Shown here one piece after another: positions 19,860 to 29,664 of a stretch of DNA of 33,623 nucleotides; the stretch's first letter is position 1; every line of letters begins with the position of its first letter. The notes below the pieces were generated by a model. It searched no databases and was not told the DNA's origin. It saw only the letters and a list, made by a program, of their open reading frames with translations. This stretch comes from Malassezia furfur (Eukaryota): the NCBI GenBank assembly GCA_052055015.1, contig JBQJIT010000002.1. One strand, 5' to 3'. A program made the translations under genes and the position numbers.

Positions 19860-21866
19860 ATGGTCCAAGCGGAGCGACGTCGCGCACCGAAGCGCAGCAA
19901 GCAAACGCAGGAGCCTGAGGAGACGCATGCCGAGGATCCAGAATGGGTGAACATGGGCGAGGCTAACACACCATTTGGGCTTGTTGCCCCTGAAATGCAA
20001 GCCTATTTCAAGGAGGTGAATGCTACTCTGACCAACCTTCTGCACAGCGAAGACCCCGATACCGGTAGTGAAGAGGCCGGGCTCCTACTTCAGGCGGCAC
20101 TGACCGAGATGGACGGAAATGAACTGTCACTTGCAACAGATCCGACATGCTCGCTTGTGCTTGAGAACATGGCGGGCATCATGAAGGAAAAGGCTCTTCG
20201 TGTTTTTTTCGATCGCATGTCAGGCAGCTACGTGGTCCTTGCAACGCATCGCTACGGCTCGCATGTTCTTCAATCAATGCTTTCTGCTGCACAGAAGATG
20301 TTAAATGGTATGGACCATACGAAACAGACGCCAGTGACGAAAGAGGGCGACTTACGAACGCTGCCTCAGCTCGTGGAGGCCATGTTCCGTGAAATTGAGC
20401 CTTCCCTCGAGGCAATGATGGCGGACCCATTCGCGACTCATGTCCTGCGGAGTATCATGGGACTCTTGACTGGTGTGCCAATCGTGTCTCTGGAAGACCT
20501 TCGTTCCAAGCGAAGCACCAAATATCGATCCAAAGAGCGGCAACGTGCGATGGTGGATACCTCTTCGGAGCCGGTCGAAACTGGGCCACTCAACGTCCCT
20601 TACAATTTCTTGCCTCTTGTCTACCAGCTGTATGAAGACCTTCATGCGTCACTACCGCCTACTACGCTTTATTCTCTCCTCCCAAATGCCGTCGTCGCAC
20701 CGACGCTTAGCCTTCTGCTCAAACTCGAAAGCGGCTTGCGTGATGGAAAGAAAAGCATGGCAGAGCGCCTCGACTCGCTGACCTCGCGTGTCCTCGGTGA
20801 CCTATCGGGCAAGCAGACCGAGCGCAGCGACGTCATTGAATCGGCCATTCGTGACGCTGTTGCAACACACGTCCTGGAGAGTGCCCTGCGTGGAGCTTCA
20901 GCGGCGACTTTGATCCGCTTCTACGACATGTACATTAACGGTCGGGTTTCCAAGCTGGGCGGTCACCCCTGTGCCAACTTTGTCGTTGCCACTGTCGTCC
21001 GTCTTTTGCCGCTACACTCCGAATCATTCCGCAAAACGATTGCTGAACTGGAACAGGCTGGCGACCACCTGGTGAAGAACCAGGTGCTTGGAGTACTGCA
21101 AACAGCCGTGGAACGTTGTGCCCAAGGAGATCATCTTGAGGAAGAGATCCTTCGGGCTGTCCTTGCAGCTTTCCGATTCCCCGAGGACGGCGATGCCGCA
21201 ATGTTTGTGCCCGTCGTGCTCAGCATGCGCACATTCAAAGCTTACACCCACACGATCGTGGAAGGCAAGGACAAGAAAAAGCGGAAAGAGGACGATGCAT
21301 TCACGACACAGGGCAGCATCTTGCTCCAACGCGTCGCGCAGCTGCATCCTCCTCGTCAAGACCTGCTGTTTGCGAGCCTCACCAAAAGCGAGCGTTTGAA
21401 GGAATGGTGCTGTTCTGCTACGGCCGTGCATGTCGTTTTAAGCGCTTTGACAGCTCCTACGGCGACTTTTGCTCAACGACGGTCCCTTCTTCGATCCCTT
21501 CTTCCCCTGCTCATCGAATTGTCAGACGATGCCTGGGGCAGCCGCGTTGCTGATGCTGTATGGAGCGCGGCAGACGGATTCACCAAAGACAAAATTGCTG
21601 AACTAGCTGTTTCGCACGAAAAGCAACTGCTCGCATCCGCGTATGGGCGATTCTTTGTGCGCAAACTTCGCCTGGGTCTGTATCGCAAGAGTTGCGGCGA
21701 ATGGAAGGAATGGGCCAAGGCCCAATCCACGCCTCCTGCGGCTGCGCCCTCCGATTCTACCAATGTCTTTGCATTTTTGCGGACACGCAAGCTCAGCAAA
21801 CCCTCCAAGCATGGCGATGCACAGGCAGACCAGCAACTCGCCGACATTCTCTCGGCTATTCCGTAA
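19860..21866 (+). CDS. NOP9: Nucleolar protein 9 (Pumilio/PUF-like repeats, 18S rRNA maturation), 668 aa
   Basis: PFGLV..EMQAYFK, ELSLATDPTCSLVLE, LATHRYGSHVLQ, DPFATHVLR, HPCANFVV, DAWGSRV, YGRFF. The true start is the ATG at 19860 inside the 1218-aa track ORF. Confidence 0.88.
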   Translation: MVQAERRRAPKRSKQTQEPEETHAEDPEWVNMGEANTPFGLVAPEMQAYFKEVNATLTNLLHSEDPDTGSEEAGLLLQAALTEMDGNELSLATDPTCSLVLENMAGIMKEKALRVFFDRMSGSYVVLATHRYGSHVLQSMLSAAQKMLNGMDHTKQTPVTKEGDLRTLPQLVEAMFREIEPSLEAMMADPFATHVLRSIMGLLTGVPIVSLEDLRSKRSTKYRSKERQRAMVDTSSEPVETGPLNVPYNFLPLVYQLYEDLHASLPPTTLYSLLPNAVVAPTLSLLLKLESGLRDGKKSMAERLDSLTSRVLGDLSGKQTERSDVIESAIRDAVATHVLESALRGASAATLIRFYDMYINGRVSKLGGHPCANFVVATVVRLLPLHSESFRKTIAELEQAGDHLVKNQVLGVLQTAVERCAQGDHLEEEILRAVLAAFRFPEDGDAAMFVPVVLSMRTFKAYTHTIVEGKDKKKRKEDDAFTTQGSILLQRVAQLHPPRQDLLFASLTKSERLKEWCCSATAVHVVLSALTAPTATFAQRRSLLRSLLPLLIELSDDAWGSRVADAVWSAADGFTKDKIAELAVSHEKQLLASAYGRFFVRKLRLGLYRKSCGEWKEWAKAQSTPPAAAPSDSTNVFAFLRTRKLSKPSKHGDAQADQQLADILSAIP

Positions 21867-21930
21867 CTATGAAGATAAGATTTATGCCACGGGGCTAACA
21901 TCGTAGCATGAGCTACAATAGCCAAGCCGC

Positions 21931-22711
21931 ATGGCACTTTCATCTCCGTCTCGACGAGCGCCCGCAATCCCCAGGGGTGTGCGCAAGCGCAGGGAGCGAG
22001 TGACTCTAAAGCCCAGACGTTGTTAAAGACATTAAGGAAGAAGAAAATCTTTGCGCGCGGCCGAATTTATTGCGCACGTGGTCAGGAGCACAGACCACCT
22101 CCGTCCCGCTAAGCCCCATGCCGGTCGCGCCGCCAAGCTCGTCGAGTAGCCGTACATTGCGCAAGTTTCGAGCAGTCCGCTCCCCTGAGAAGTCAAAGAA
22201 TCATGGGAGGGATCACGAAACGTCCGAATTAGCGGTCGAGCGCATCATCACCTCAACGCCCTGGCTCGCAGGCACGCGCCGGCTGGAAGGGGCTACTCGC
22301 ACAGAAATCTATGCACTTGTGAACGATCGCAGCGTCAGTGGACGCGATACCGACCATGAAAGCAGCGATGAGAGTAGAAAGCGCTCTGCGCTGGGAACGA
22401 GACGTGAATCTTCACGAAAGTCGGCGTCCAAGTCGGAATGGGAACATCTGGGGCTCCACAATTTGGGCAAGAAACGCAAAAGTTCGAGTCCGTATGCCAG
22501 TGAGGCCGGGAGTACAGCAGGAAGTGACTCAGAGTCTACGCTTCCCGCATCGCGTGGCTCACGTACACGCCGCATAAGTTCGAGACACAGTACACCTGTC
22601 CGTACTGTCGAGCTGGAAACTTTACCGTCGCGCCTCAATGCGGCGAATGCACCGGCGCATCCGAGCCCACTGGGCACACATGCTATCCTTGCTGAAGATT
22701 CCCCAAAATAA
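21931..22711 (+). CDS. Hypothetical Ser/Arg-rich low-complexity protein; 5' end uncertain
   Basis: Open frame to TAA 22709-22711 fills the gap between NOP9 and the TTL gene. Possible first exon 21931-21976 with a weak 40-nt intron (21977-22016), or an ATG at 22118. Confidence 0.4.
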
Positions 22712-22713
22712 GC

Positions 22714-24003
22714 TTATGGATCCTTCACCATTTCTTCCGCGAAACAGCAAGTTACACCATCATGACTCTCTCCCTTCTTCCATGGCGACGCAGGACGCAG
22801 CACCCCCAGTTGGAGGGCGCGTTGGAACACGTGCTCAATGGTTTGTCGGAGCGCTTCGCCGCTTTGCTTAAAGTCGGGTTGCTGTGTTAGAAGGGGACAT
22901 ACTGCATTGATCTCCAAGAGCCAAACATGAAGCGATTCGGGGGACAGACTAGCATCGGCCGTCACCATCAGGTCCACACCGAAGATTTCAAACGCGTTGG
23001 GCCACATTTGCCAGTGCACCGAGGCCTCACGCGCAACGGCCTCGAAGACGGTACCAATCGCTGAGACTGCACCCTTGTGGATCGCATCCATATGCATCTG
23101 CGACATGGTGCTCGCAGGAGACCCAGGCGTGCTGATTTCTTTGCCAAGAAGATCGCGTAGGCGGAACACGTTGGGGAGCACTGGGACCCCACGTGCTTGT
23201 GCCTCCCGCTCGCCCAGACATGTGTTACTCAGGTGTCCTTGCAGGTCTCCATCCTCTGAAGGAGCCGAATAGGGCACTGAGGCAAACAATGCAAGCATAT
23301 CATCATGAAGGTACACGGCAAGTCCTCCAACGCAAGTCACGTAGGCTCGCAGATGGAACTTGCGCAGCCCCCCCTCGCTCGGTGCCACAAGCAAGGGAGG
23401 CACCAAATATTGTTGTATAACGAAGTGGCGCAAATGACTTGCATAGGTTGTCTCCTCGTTGTCTTCGTCGTCGCTTGCGTCCTCCATGTCTTCAAAGATC
23501 TGTTGCAAGCGCTCGAGCGAAGAAAAGAGCTGGATGCCGTTGCCCTGATCAGCCATACCCGGCTTTAAAATGAACCATGTGGGATGGTTGGACGATTCGT
23601 TCGCGATGAGCGCGTCACGCACATCGTAGAGCTCGTCTGCCAACAGCTCGTCGAGCTCGTCAGCAAACTGGACATCTAGCGTCCATGTACGTGGAATCAC
23701 ATCCACGGGCATCCCACGCTTCACACCAAACATATGTAGCGCTTGTGCGAGATGATGTTTCCGAATAAGGGCCTTGCGGATGTAGTAACTGCTGCACAGG
23801 GCATTTTGCTGGGCGAGATTATCAAAAGGAAGAAGGTCATAGTCGACAACGTAGGCGTCGTAACCGGACGGGGTAGCATCCGCGTCTGCAGGGGAATCCT
23901 TTGGTGTATGTACCTCCCATCCCTCCAGCACGGCATTTGCCGCGGCTCGCGCAGCTTGTTCGGTGTATGGCGCACCAGGGAAGCATACGAACGCCTTCTG
24001 CAT
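22714..24003 (-). CDS. Tubulin-tyrosine ligase family ATP-grasp protein (Pby1/TTL-like, no SurE domain seen), 422 aa
   Basis: SSYYIRKALIRKHHL, WFILKPGMADQGNGIQLF, RHFVIQQY, RKFHLRAY, FEIFGVDLMV, WLLEINA|QPDF (21-nt intron 22882-22902). Confidence 0.88.
   Translation of the reverse strand: MQKAFVCFPGAPYTEQAARAAANAVLEGWEVHTPKDSPADADATPSGYDAYVVDYDLLPFDNLAQQNALCSSYYIRKALIRKHHLAQALHMFGVKRGMPVDVIPRTWTLDVQFADELDELLADELYDVRDALIANESSNHPTWFILKPGMADQGNGIQLFSSLERLQQIFEDMEDASDDEDNEETTYASHLRHFVIQQYLVPPLLVAPSEGGLRKFHLRAYVTCVGGLAVYLHDDMLALFASVPYSAPSEDGDLQGHLSNTCLGEREAQARGVPVLPNVFRLRDLLGKEISTPGSPASTMSQMHMDAIHKGAVSAIGTVFEAVAREASVHWQMWPNAFEIFGVDLMVTADASLSPESLHVWLLEINAVCPLLTQQPDFKQSGEALRQTIEHVFQRALQLGVLRPASPWKKGESHDGVTCCFAEEMVKDP
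22882..22902 (-). other. 21-nt in-frame, stop-free intron in the TTL-family gene
   Basis: GTATGTCCCCTTCTAACACAG on the minus strand. Removal restores LLEINAQPDF. Confidence 0.85.
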
Positions 24004-24259
24004 GAGTGGAGGTGAAATGCCACGCACGGATGAGAGGTCTACGCGCGGATTCTTTTCGGCAGCACAACGGCGATGGTCACGGCAAACGGATGGCTAATGG
24101 GTGTATAACTCCAAACGCAATGCATTGCATCGTGGTGTGCCCTTTGTGTTGGCGTATATCCCTAGGCTGTTACCGACCACGCGTGTTGGCCACGTCCGAG
24201 CGAGGCACACATGTGGAGGTGTCACCTTTTCGAGCTCCACCAGTTTCCCGCTCGCCACC

Positions 24260-25018
24260 ATGGTCACGGTCATTGTCGAAGAAGTCACGGACGCGCCTGA
24301 TTCGACGCTGTCGAACGTGCAGCCGTCTCGGATTTCGGAGAGAGAGAGTCTTTCTTCCCTCCTTTACATGCTTGATGACCCCCCCACTAAAGACGCATCC
24401 ATCATCGCCGATATCGACCGACTGATGGACCACGACCTTTTCGCAGACGCCATGGGCCGGCGCCTGCTTGCTGTTCTCGGCCACGACATCGAGGACGAAC
24501 GCCTCCTCGCAGCACAATACCTCCTGGACCATATCGACGCCGCTGACAGTGAAGAGCCGTTCGACGACGAGCGTCCAACCTGGCTGCCGGGCCGTGCGCC
24601 AGGCTCCGCGCTGGGCACGTGGCTCCGGGATCTGGCCTTGGGCTACGACCCATCGCCCGCGTCGTACCGTGTGTTGCCCGGCGGCTACGTATCGTCAATC
24701 GCATACCATGAGGACGATGCGGATGGTGATGTTGAGGAGGATGACGAGGACGAGCTGCTGGGCGAAGACGAGGACTACCTCGACTGGCTTGGCCTCCAAT
24801 TGCTCCACTGCCATTCCGGCATGCCCCCCTATATTATCGATGGCGTACATGAGTCCGGCGATGATACTGCCTCGGTATACACGCTGGAAGCAAGTACGTT
24901 CGTGTCCCCCCACCCCTTGGCGCACTAACCATCAGACGACCTTGACGCAGACCCATTGCTTGGCACGTCGCCGAACCAGCGACCACGTAAGTCGCTCCGA
25001 CTTCAGTCATATTCGTAG
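24260..25018 (+). CDS. Hypothetical highly acidic protein, about 238 aa
   Basis: ATG in GCCACCATGG context; D/E-rich. Probable 42-nt intron at 24894-24935 (GTACGT...CACTAACCATCAG) moves the stop from 24928 to TAG 25016-25018. Confidence 0.6.
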
Positions 25019-26419
25019 CTACAACCCCTCATCCCACACGTCACGCTTGGTGCCGTGCCGCAGTACACTAAGCCGGCTGCGGTAGTCGTCGTGCGGAACG
25101 TATGCGCCGCACAACCGGCGACTCCCCACAAACTGCGAGCGCCCGTGCAAAACACGGTGATTGTCAAAAATCATCGCCACTCCGGGATGCAAGGGGAACC
25201 AGTACTCGGTTTTTGCGTCTGTAATGATGGCATTCCACGTTCGGAGTGCCTCGTATACGCCCTCCAGCTGATTCGGAGGAACGTGCAATGCGCTGCGGTC
25301 GCTGTTGTTGTACCGGATCATGACCAAAGCATCCGTCACTGGGTCGTGCTCAAAGACCGAGTAGCCGCGCAGCAGCGGGGCAATCAACGTCGAGTCGTCT
25401 CCCGCCGAGTGGCCGCGGAAGCGCACCGTGCGTAGGATGTCGTACAGCTCTGGGTGCCGGTCGTGCAGCTGCTTCGCGGCATAGAACCCATCCACTAGGA
25501 GCGAGCTACCGCCCAGGGGCGCGCCAGTGTATTTGTCGACAAAGTCGGTCGGGGTCGGACTGTAGTGGTGCAGCAGGTGAAACAGCTGCAGGCCCGCAGG
25601 ATCGGTAAAGTAGGTTGTGTCGGTGTGTGCACCCAACGCAATGTCTGTGTACGCCGTATCACCGTGCGCCAGGTCTGACGTAAAGTCCCAAAACCCACCG
25701 TAGTGCGTTTCGCGGATAAAAGCAATTCGCCGCACGAGAGCTTCGGTCGCTTCGGGCGTGGTGGGGACGCCCGATACAAAGCTGAAGCCGTACTTGTCAA
25801 TGTTGTTCAGCCAGTCCAATACAACGCTTTCTGACTGCATCACCCCCTCGTATTCGACTGTAGGCTGCACGGAGGCGATCTCGGCGCCCCACAGCAGCTT
25901 TTCGGAAGCTTCCGAGCCGTGGCCCAGCCCACTGGTCTGGAACGTGAGCTCGTGCGAGCGCGTCTTGGGATCGTAAGCCTGACGCTCAAGCCAGGTCCAT
26001 GGGAAGAGCGAGGTGTGCTGGTCCGGCCAGACGACGCGGAGGCCATCGGGAAGCGCGGCGACTTCTTTGGGCTGGACGTCCGCAGGGATCGCAAACGTAT
26101 CCAGAAGCCGCTGCTTGGTGATCGGATGGTAGCAGTCTGGGCAACGACAGTGGTCGCGCAGCCAGAGCGGGTGGAAGTCGCCTTTCTTGCCGCTCGGCCA
26201 GGTGACATTGACCCAGCCCCCGGAGCGCGCAATGGTCGGGTGCGACAATGTCGATGTGGCCGATGCCTGTGTGGCCAGTGCGCGCAGCGGTACCCGTGTA
26301 GGGCATGACGACACCGGCGCAGTGGCGTATAAGTGCGATCGTGCCCTACCCCCGCGACGCAGCGCCGACCAGCCGTGCCGCATACCCCACATAGCACCCA
26401 TTTCGCACCGCGCCCACAT
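25019..26419 (-). CDS. Trimethyllysine dioxygenase (carnitine biosynthesis; TauD/BBOX-like Fe(II)/2-oxoglutarate enzyme)
   Basis: WLRDHCRCPDC Zn motif, FIRETHYGGFWDFT, AHTDTTYFTDPAGLQLFH, FDNHRVLHGR and an Arg-rich presequence. The start is uncertain (ATGs at 26419, 26401, 26392, 26383). Confidence 0.9.
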   Translation of the reverse strand: MWARCEMGAMWGMRHGWSALRRGGRARSHLYATAPVSSCPTRVPLRALATQASATSTLSHPTIARSGGWVNVTWPSGKKGDFHPLWLRDHCRCPDCYHPITKQRLLDTFAIPADVQPKEVAALPDGLRVVWPDQHTSLFPWTWLERQAYDPKTRSHELTFQTSGLGHGSEASEKLLWGAEIASVQPTVEYEGVMQSESVVLDWLNNIDKYGFSFVSGVPTTPEATEALVRRIAFIRETHYGGFWDFTSDLAHGDTAYTDIALGAHTDTTYFTDPAGLQLFHLLHHYSPTPTDFVDKYTGAPLGGSSLLVDGFYAAKQLHDRHPELYDILRTVRFRGHSAGDDSTLIAPLLRGYSVFEHDPVTDALVMIRYNNSDRSALHVPPNQLEGVYEALRTWNAIITDAKTEYWFPLHPGVAMIFDNHRVLHGRSQFVGSRRLCGAYVPHDDYRSRLSVLRHGTKRDVWDEGL

Positions 26420-26548
26420 CGAGTTCAATTCCACGTGTCAGCCCTGGCGTGTCCACTCGAATGTCGGACGCCGGGCGCGTCTTGGCATCCGCGTCGGACG
26501 AAAGCGGAGACTGTGTGGTCCCCCACGGCAGTGCTATGGGCGAGCTCC

Positions 26549-28411
26549 CTATCCAGGCATATCCGGGCGAAGGCCCTGCGGCCTACAGCCGCCTCGCTTG
26601 GACTCGGCGCTGTGCTGCGACACCCCGAGCGAGCACATCACAGCCGGTGCCGTGGCGGTCGGTGCGTCAAGCGTCTCGAGCTCGTGCGGCGCAAAGAGCC
26701 GCGGCACGAAATACACGCGGCACGGAATCATCAGAATGATTATCACAGGGAAGCCAATGGCGGCAATCGTCTGCGAGATGGCAATCGTCATGCCAAAGAA
26801 GAGCCACTGGATGCCGACAAATAGGGCGATGGTGCGCCGGCGCAGCTGCATCAGCGGCGGTCGCGCCGACTTGGCCATGGGAACAGCGCTGCGGTCCTGC
26901 AAAAGCGATAGCGTACGCAGGACGATTGGGTTAGACTCAATCGATGCCCAGCCGACCACAAGGAACACACCCGCAAAGACGGCGCGTGGCATGGTGCCAA
27001 GTGCCACAAGAATTGGGCGCGTCATGGCGCCAATGGTCAGAAGCCCAATCACGAAATGGCTCAGCCGCTGCTCGACGACGCGGGCGATGCGGACGTGCGC
27101 AAAATGCGTGATGTACAGCAACGAGGCATTCCCCGTGAGCGATACACGCCGTGCACCATGCTGTTCCTCATCGGTAATGGGTTCTTGTGTGTACACGGCG
27201 AGTGAGTCGGTGTGGTAAGGTGCCTGGGGTACCAGCCCGTTGGGCACGGGCAGTCCCAAGATACCCGACACGAACGTGGTGCAGCCCAGCAGGAAAAAGT
27301 CCCAGTGGAAACCGGCAGGTTTGGTGATGGGAAACTTGCGCGCCTGGGCCATCACACTCGACACGTTGTGGTCAAAGTAAAAGAGGAGTGTGAGCAAAAA
27401 GCCAAGCGGCGCGCCGACAAACACCCACTGTACCTCGGCGTTCCAGAAATCGACCACCCAGTCGCGGTCGAGCGTCGGAAAGAAGCTGCGGGTGATTGGC
27501 AGTCGCGACACGGCGACATCCTTGAGCGTGTGACCGGGGAAGTTGCTGAAACCGGTCCAGAACAGGCAACCTGCGACAAACGCCAGCTGACCGACGAGAC
27601 GGCGCAACTGGAACGGCAGGTAGGTCGACGCGCCCACCATCGTCGCAAAGTATACCGTGACGCTGAACAGTACCGCGATAGTCACCGCGAGCCAGCCCGT
27701 CGCATTGTCGAGCGGGGCAGGCCCAAATTCGCGGACGAGCAACTCAATGCCTTTCTGGACATAGATCACGCCGACGTACAGGCCAAACGTGTCCGAAATC
27801 ATATCGGTTACGAATCGCGTATAGTCGCACAAATTAAAGATGGCTGCAAGGAAGTGGAAGCCGGCGCCCCAGATCAGCATCCAGCATTGGAGGCGCAAAT
27901 ACTCTTGCCGGTTCAGGCCGTAGTGGTTGTGCGCAATGTCGTACACGGTGTAGTTCATTAGGTTTGTCAGGCCCGTCACGCCCACAAACGTGAGAGGCTG
28001 CACGCTGAACAGCGAAAATACGATCGCTGCAAGCGCGGACGCGAGGATTACTTCGTTCACGCCGTAGCTGCCGTCCGTGCGGTCGTACATGTCAAGAACA
28101 TACGCGATGGCCGGCATCAGATTAATGAAGAAGATCTGCACCACACTCGCCATAACGATTGGCAAGCTGCTCCCGCGCAGCGCATCGGTCCAGTCCGACG
28201 CGTAGTAAGGTAGGCGGCGGCGCACGTCCGCCCACATGCCGCGGAATGGTCGCAGCTCGTACCAGGCGCTCCGCGCTTCCCAGGGCACGCTGTTCTCGTG
28301 GTCGCGTACAGCTTCTTTGCGAAGCTGCGGCATACGCAAGGGCCGCAGTGCACCGGCGCGGGAGGCGCGCCCTTGGCTCGGGGCGCGCCGCTCCCCCAGT
28401 GCGACATACAT
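26549..28411 (-). CDS. BOR1: SLC4/HCO3- family anion transporter (boron transporter Bor1-like), 620 aa
   Basis: DVRRRLPYYASDWTD, QPLTFVGVTG, TLLFYFDHNVSS, KPAGFHWDFFLLG, NGLVPQAPYHT, VVEQRLS; multiple TM segments. Confidence 0.88.
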   Translation of the reverse strand: MYVALGERRAPSQGRASRAGALRPLRMPQLRKEAVRDHENSVPWEARSAWYELRPFRGMWADVRRRLPYYASDWTDALRGSSLPIVMASVVQIFFINLMPAIAYVLDMYDRTDGSYGVNEVILASALAAIVFSLFSVQPLTFVGVTGLTNLMNYTVYDIAHNHYGLNRQEYLRLQCWMLIWGAGFHFLAAIFNLCDYTRFVTDMISDTFGLYVGVIYVQKGIELLVREFGPAPLDNATGWLAVTIAVLFSVTVYFATMVGASTYLPFQLRRLVGQLAFVAGCLFWTGFSNFPGHTLKDVAVSRLPITRSFFPTLDRDWVVDFWNAEVQWVFVGAPLGFLLTLLFYFDHNVSSVMAQARKFPITKPAGFHWDFFLLGCTTFVSGILGLPVPNGLVPQAPYHTDSLAVYTQEPITDEEQHGARRVSLTGNASLLYITHFAHVRIARVVEQRLSHFVIGLLTIGAMTRPILVALGTMPRAVFAGVFLVVGWASIESNPIVLRTLSLLQDRSAVPMAKSARPPLMQLRRRTIALFVGIQWLFFGMTIAISQTIAAIGFPVIIILMIPCRVYFVPRLFAPHELETLDAPTATAPAVMCSLGVSQHSAESKRGGCRPQGLRPDMPG

Positions 28412-28650
28412 GGTGGTCTGATGTTGGGGTCGGACCTCAGATCGCTTAGCCGGTGTGACTCAGAAAAAAAACACCGCATGCCCTAATTTTGATTAAGCCG
28501 CGCATTGCCAAGCCCGGGCCTAAGCGGAGTAAAATCGAGGCGGTGGATGCCACCCAAAATGGGCGTTCCCCACGCAATGGCCAGTTGTGTCGCAAGAAAC
28601 AGGTGACGTGAATCTACACACAGAAGTAAAAAAACAAAGAACAAACTACT

Positions 28651-29664
28651 CTATACAGGTCGTGACAGGCTCAAATACGGCGAAGGCGTCGTCGATGCCG
28701 GTGTGCCGTGCGGCATAGACTCGGAGGTGATCCAGCGATCCACCGAGGGGATGCCCGAGGGATTCCGTAGCTGAATATCGCACGCAACGCACGAATTGCA
28801 ATCACGCATCCGCTCGCTCGGCCGCTCGGCGTGAGCGGCATTGTAGGGGCGACCCTGAGTGTGTTTCAAACACCCCGCACACCGGCACACCGGCCCACAT
28901 GTACATGGCGGCACATACGGGCGCGACATATCCGCAGCCTGGGCCAAGAGGCTCATGGTATCCTCGCGCCGGCGTTTGTTGGGCACGTGGGCCTCGTCTT
29001 CGGCCTCGCGGCGCGCACAGCAGCTGCCCGATGCCGTGGCGGGAGGGAGCTGCAGGGGCGGCAGCGAGGTGCGTGCCGGCAGCGTAGTGCGTGCAGGCAG
29101 CGTGTGCTCCTCCTTCACTTCGGGTTTGGGTGCAATCGGCGGCAGCGGAGGCTTACTCGCTTGGGATGGGGCGATCGGCTTTTTGCACTCGGCGCTGGGC
29201 CCGCAGGAGTTGCAGGCGGAGCCACATTCATCCTTGGCACACACCGAGTAGAAGGCGTTGGTGTCGCAGCACGTACAGATCCCTGTGCGCTTACACCGGC
29301 ATGGGTTGAGCAGGTTGGCGAACGAGAGCGGCGACGACGCCGAACGTGCGGAGCTGTCCGGCACGTCGGCGGACGCCTTCGAAGCAGGCGCCGCGTTGGC
29401 TGGGTTGGCGGTGGCGGTGGGATGGTTGCGCTGGGTGCGTGGCTTGGCGTCACAGATGCACCGGGTGTGTCGCCCGGTCTTGAAGCGCTTCTCGCGGCAT
29501 GCTTGGCACTGTGACAGGGGCCGACCGCGCCGCTTGACGACAAGCAGGGGCCCCTTGGACCCGTCCTGGTGTTTGCACGTCGACGCGCGGTGGCCCTGGA
29601 TGCAGGTGGCACACGCGAGCTTCACGGGCGGCTCGGTGGGCGGCGGTGGCTCCGGCGTGGGCAT
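28651..29664 (-). CDS. Copper-fist DNA-binding transcription factor (Cuf1/Mac1/Ace1 family), 337 aa
   Basis: KLACATCIQGHRASTCKH..KRRGRPLSQC copper fist. Cys clusters CRCKRTGICTCC and CTCGPVCRCAGCLKH. An in-frame upstream ATG exists at 29781. Confidence 0.88.
   Translation of the reverse strand: MPTPEPPPPTEPPVKLACATCIQGHRASTCKHQDGSKGPLLVVKRRGRPLSQCQACREKRFKTGRHTRCICDAKPRTQRNHPTATANPANAAPASKASADVPDSSARSASSPLSFANLLNPCRCKRTGICTCCDTNAFYSVCAKDECGSACNSCGPSAECKKPIAPSQASKPPLPPIAPKPEVKEEHTLPARTTLPARTSLPPLQLPPATASGSCCARREAEDEAHVPNKRRREDTMSLLAQAADMSRPYVPPCTCGPVCRCAGCLKHTQGRPYNAAHAERPSERMRDCNSCVACDIQLRNPSGIPSVDRWITSESMPHGTPASTTPSPYLSLSRPV

Noticed and set aside
24987..25006. Possible 20-nt intron GTAAGTCGCTCCGACTTCAG
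   Set aside because: It lacks the CTNAY branch seen in the well-supported introns, and splicing would run the CDS into the convergent gene.
28441..28500. ATCGCTT start and AATTTTG resembling U2 snRNA or an Sm site
   Set aside because: No GTAGTA branch-pairing sequence or other snRNA hallmark is present.
26549..29664. Metal/metalloid gene cluster (BOR1 next to the copper-fist factor)
   Set aside because: Adjacency only. The neighbours are unrelated housekeeping genes and I recognised no shared element.
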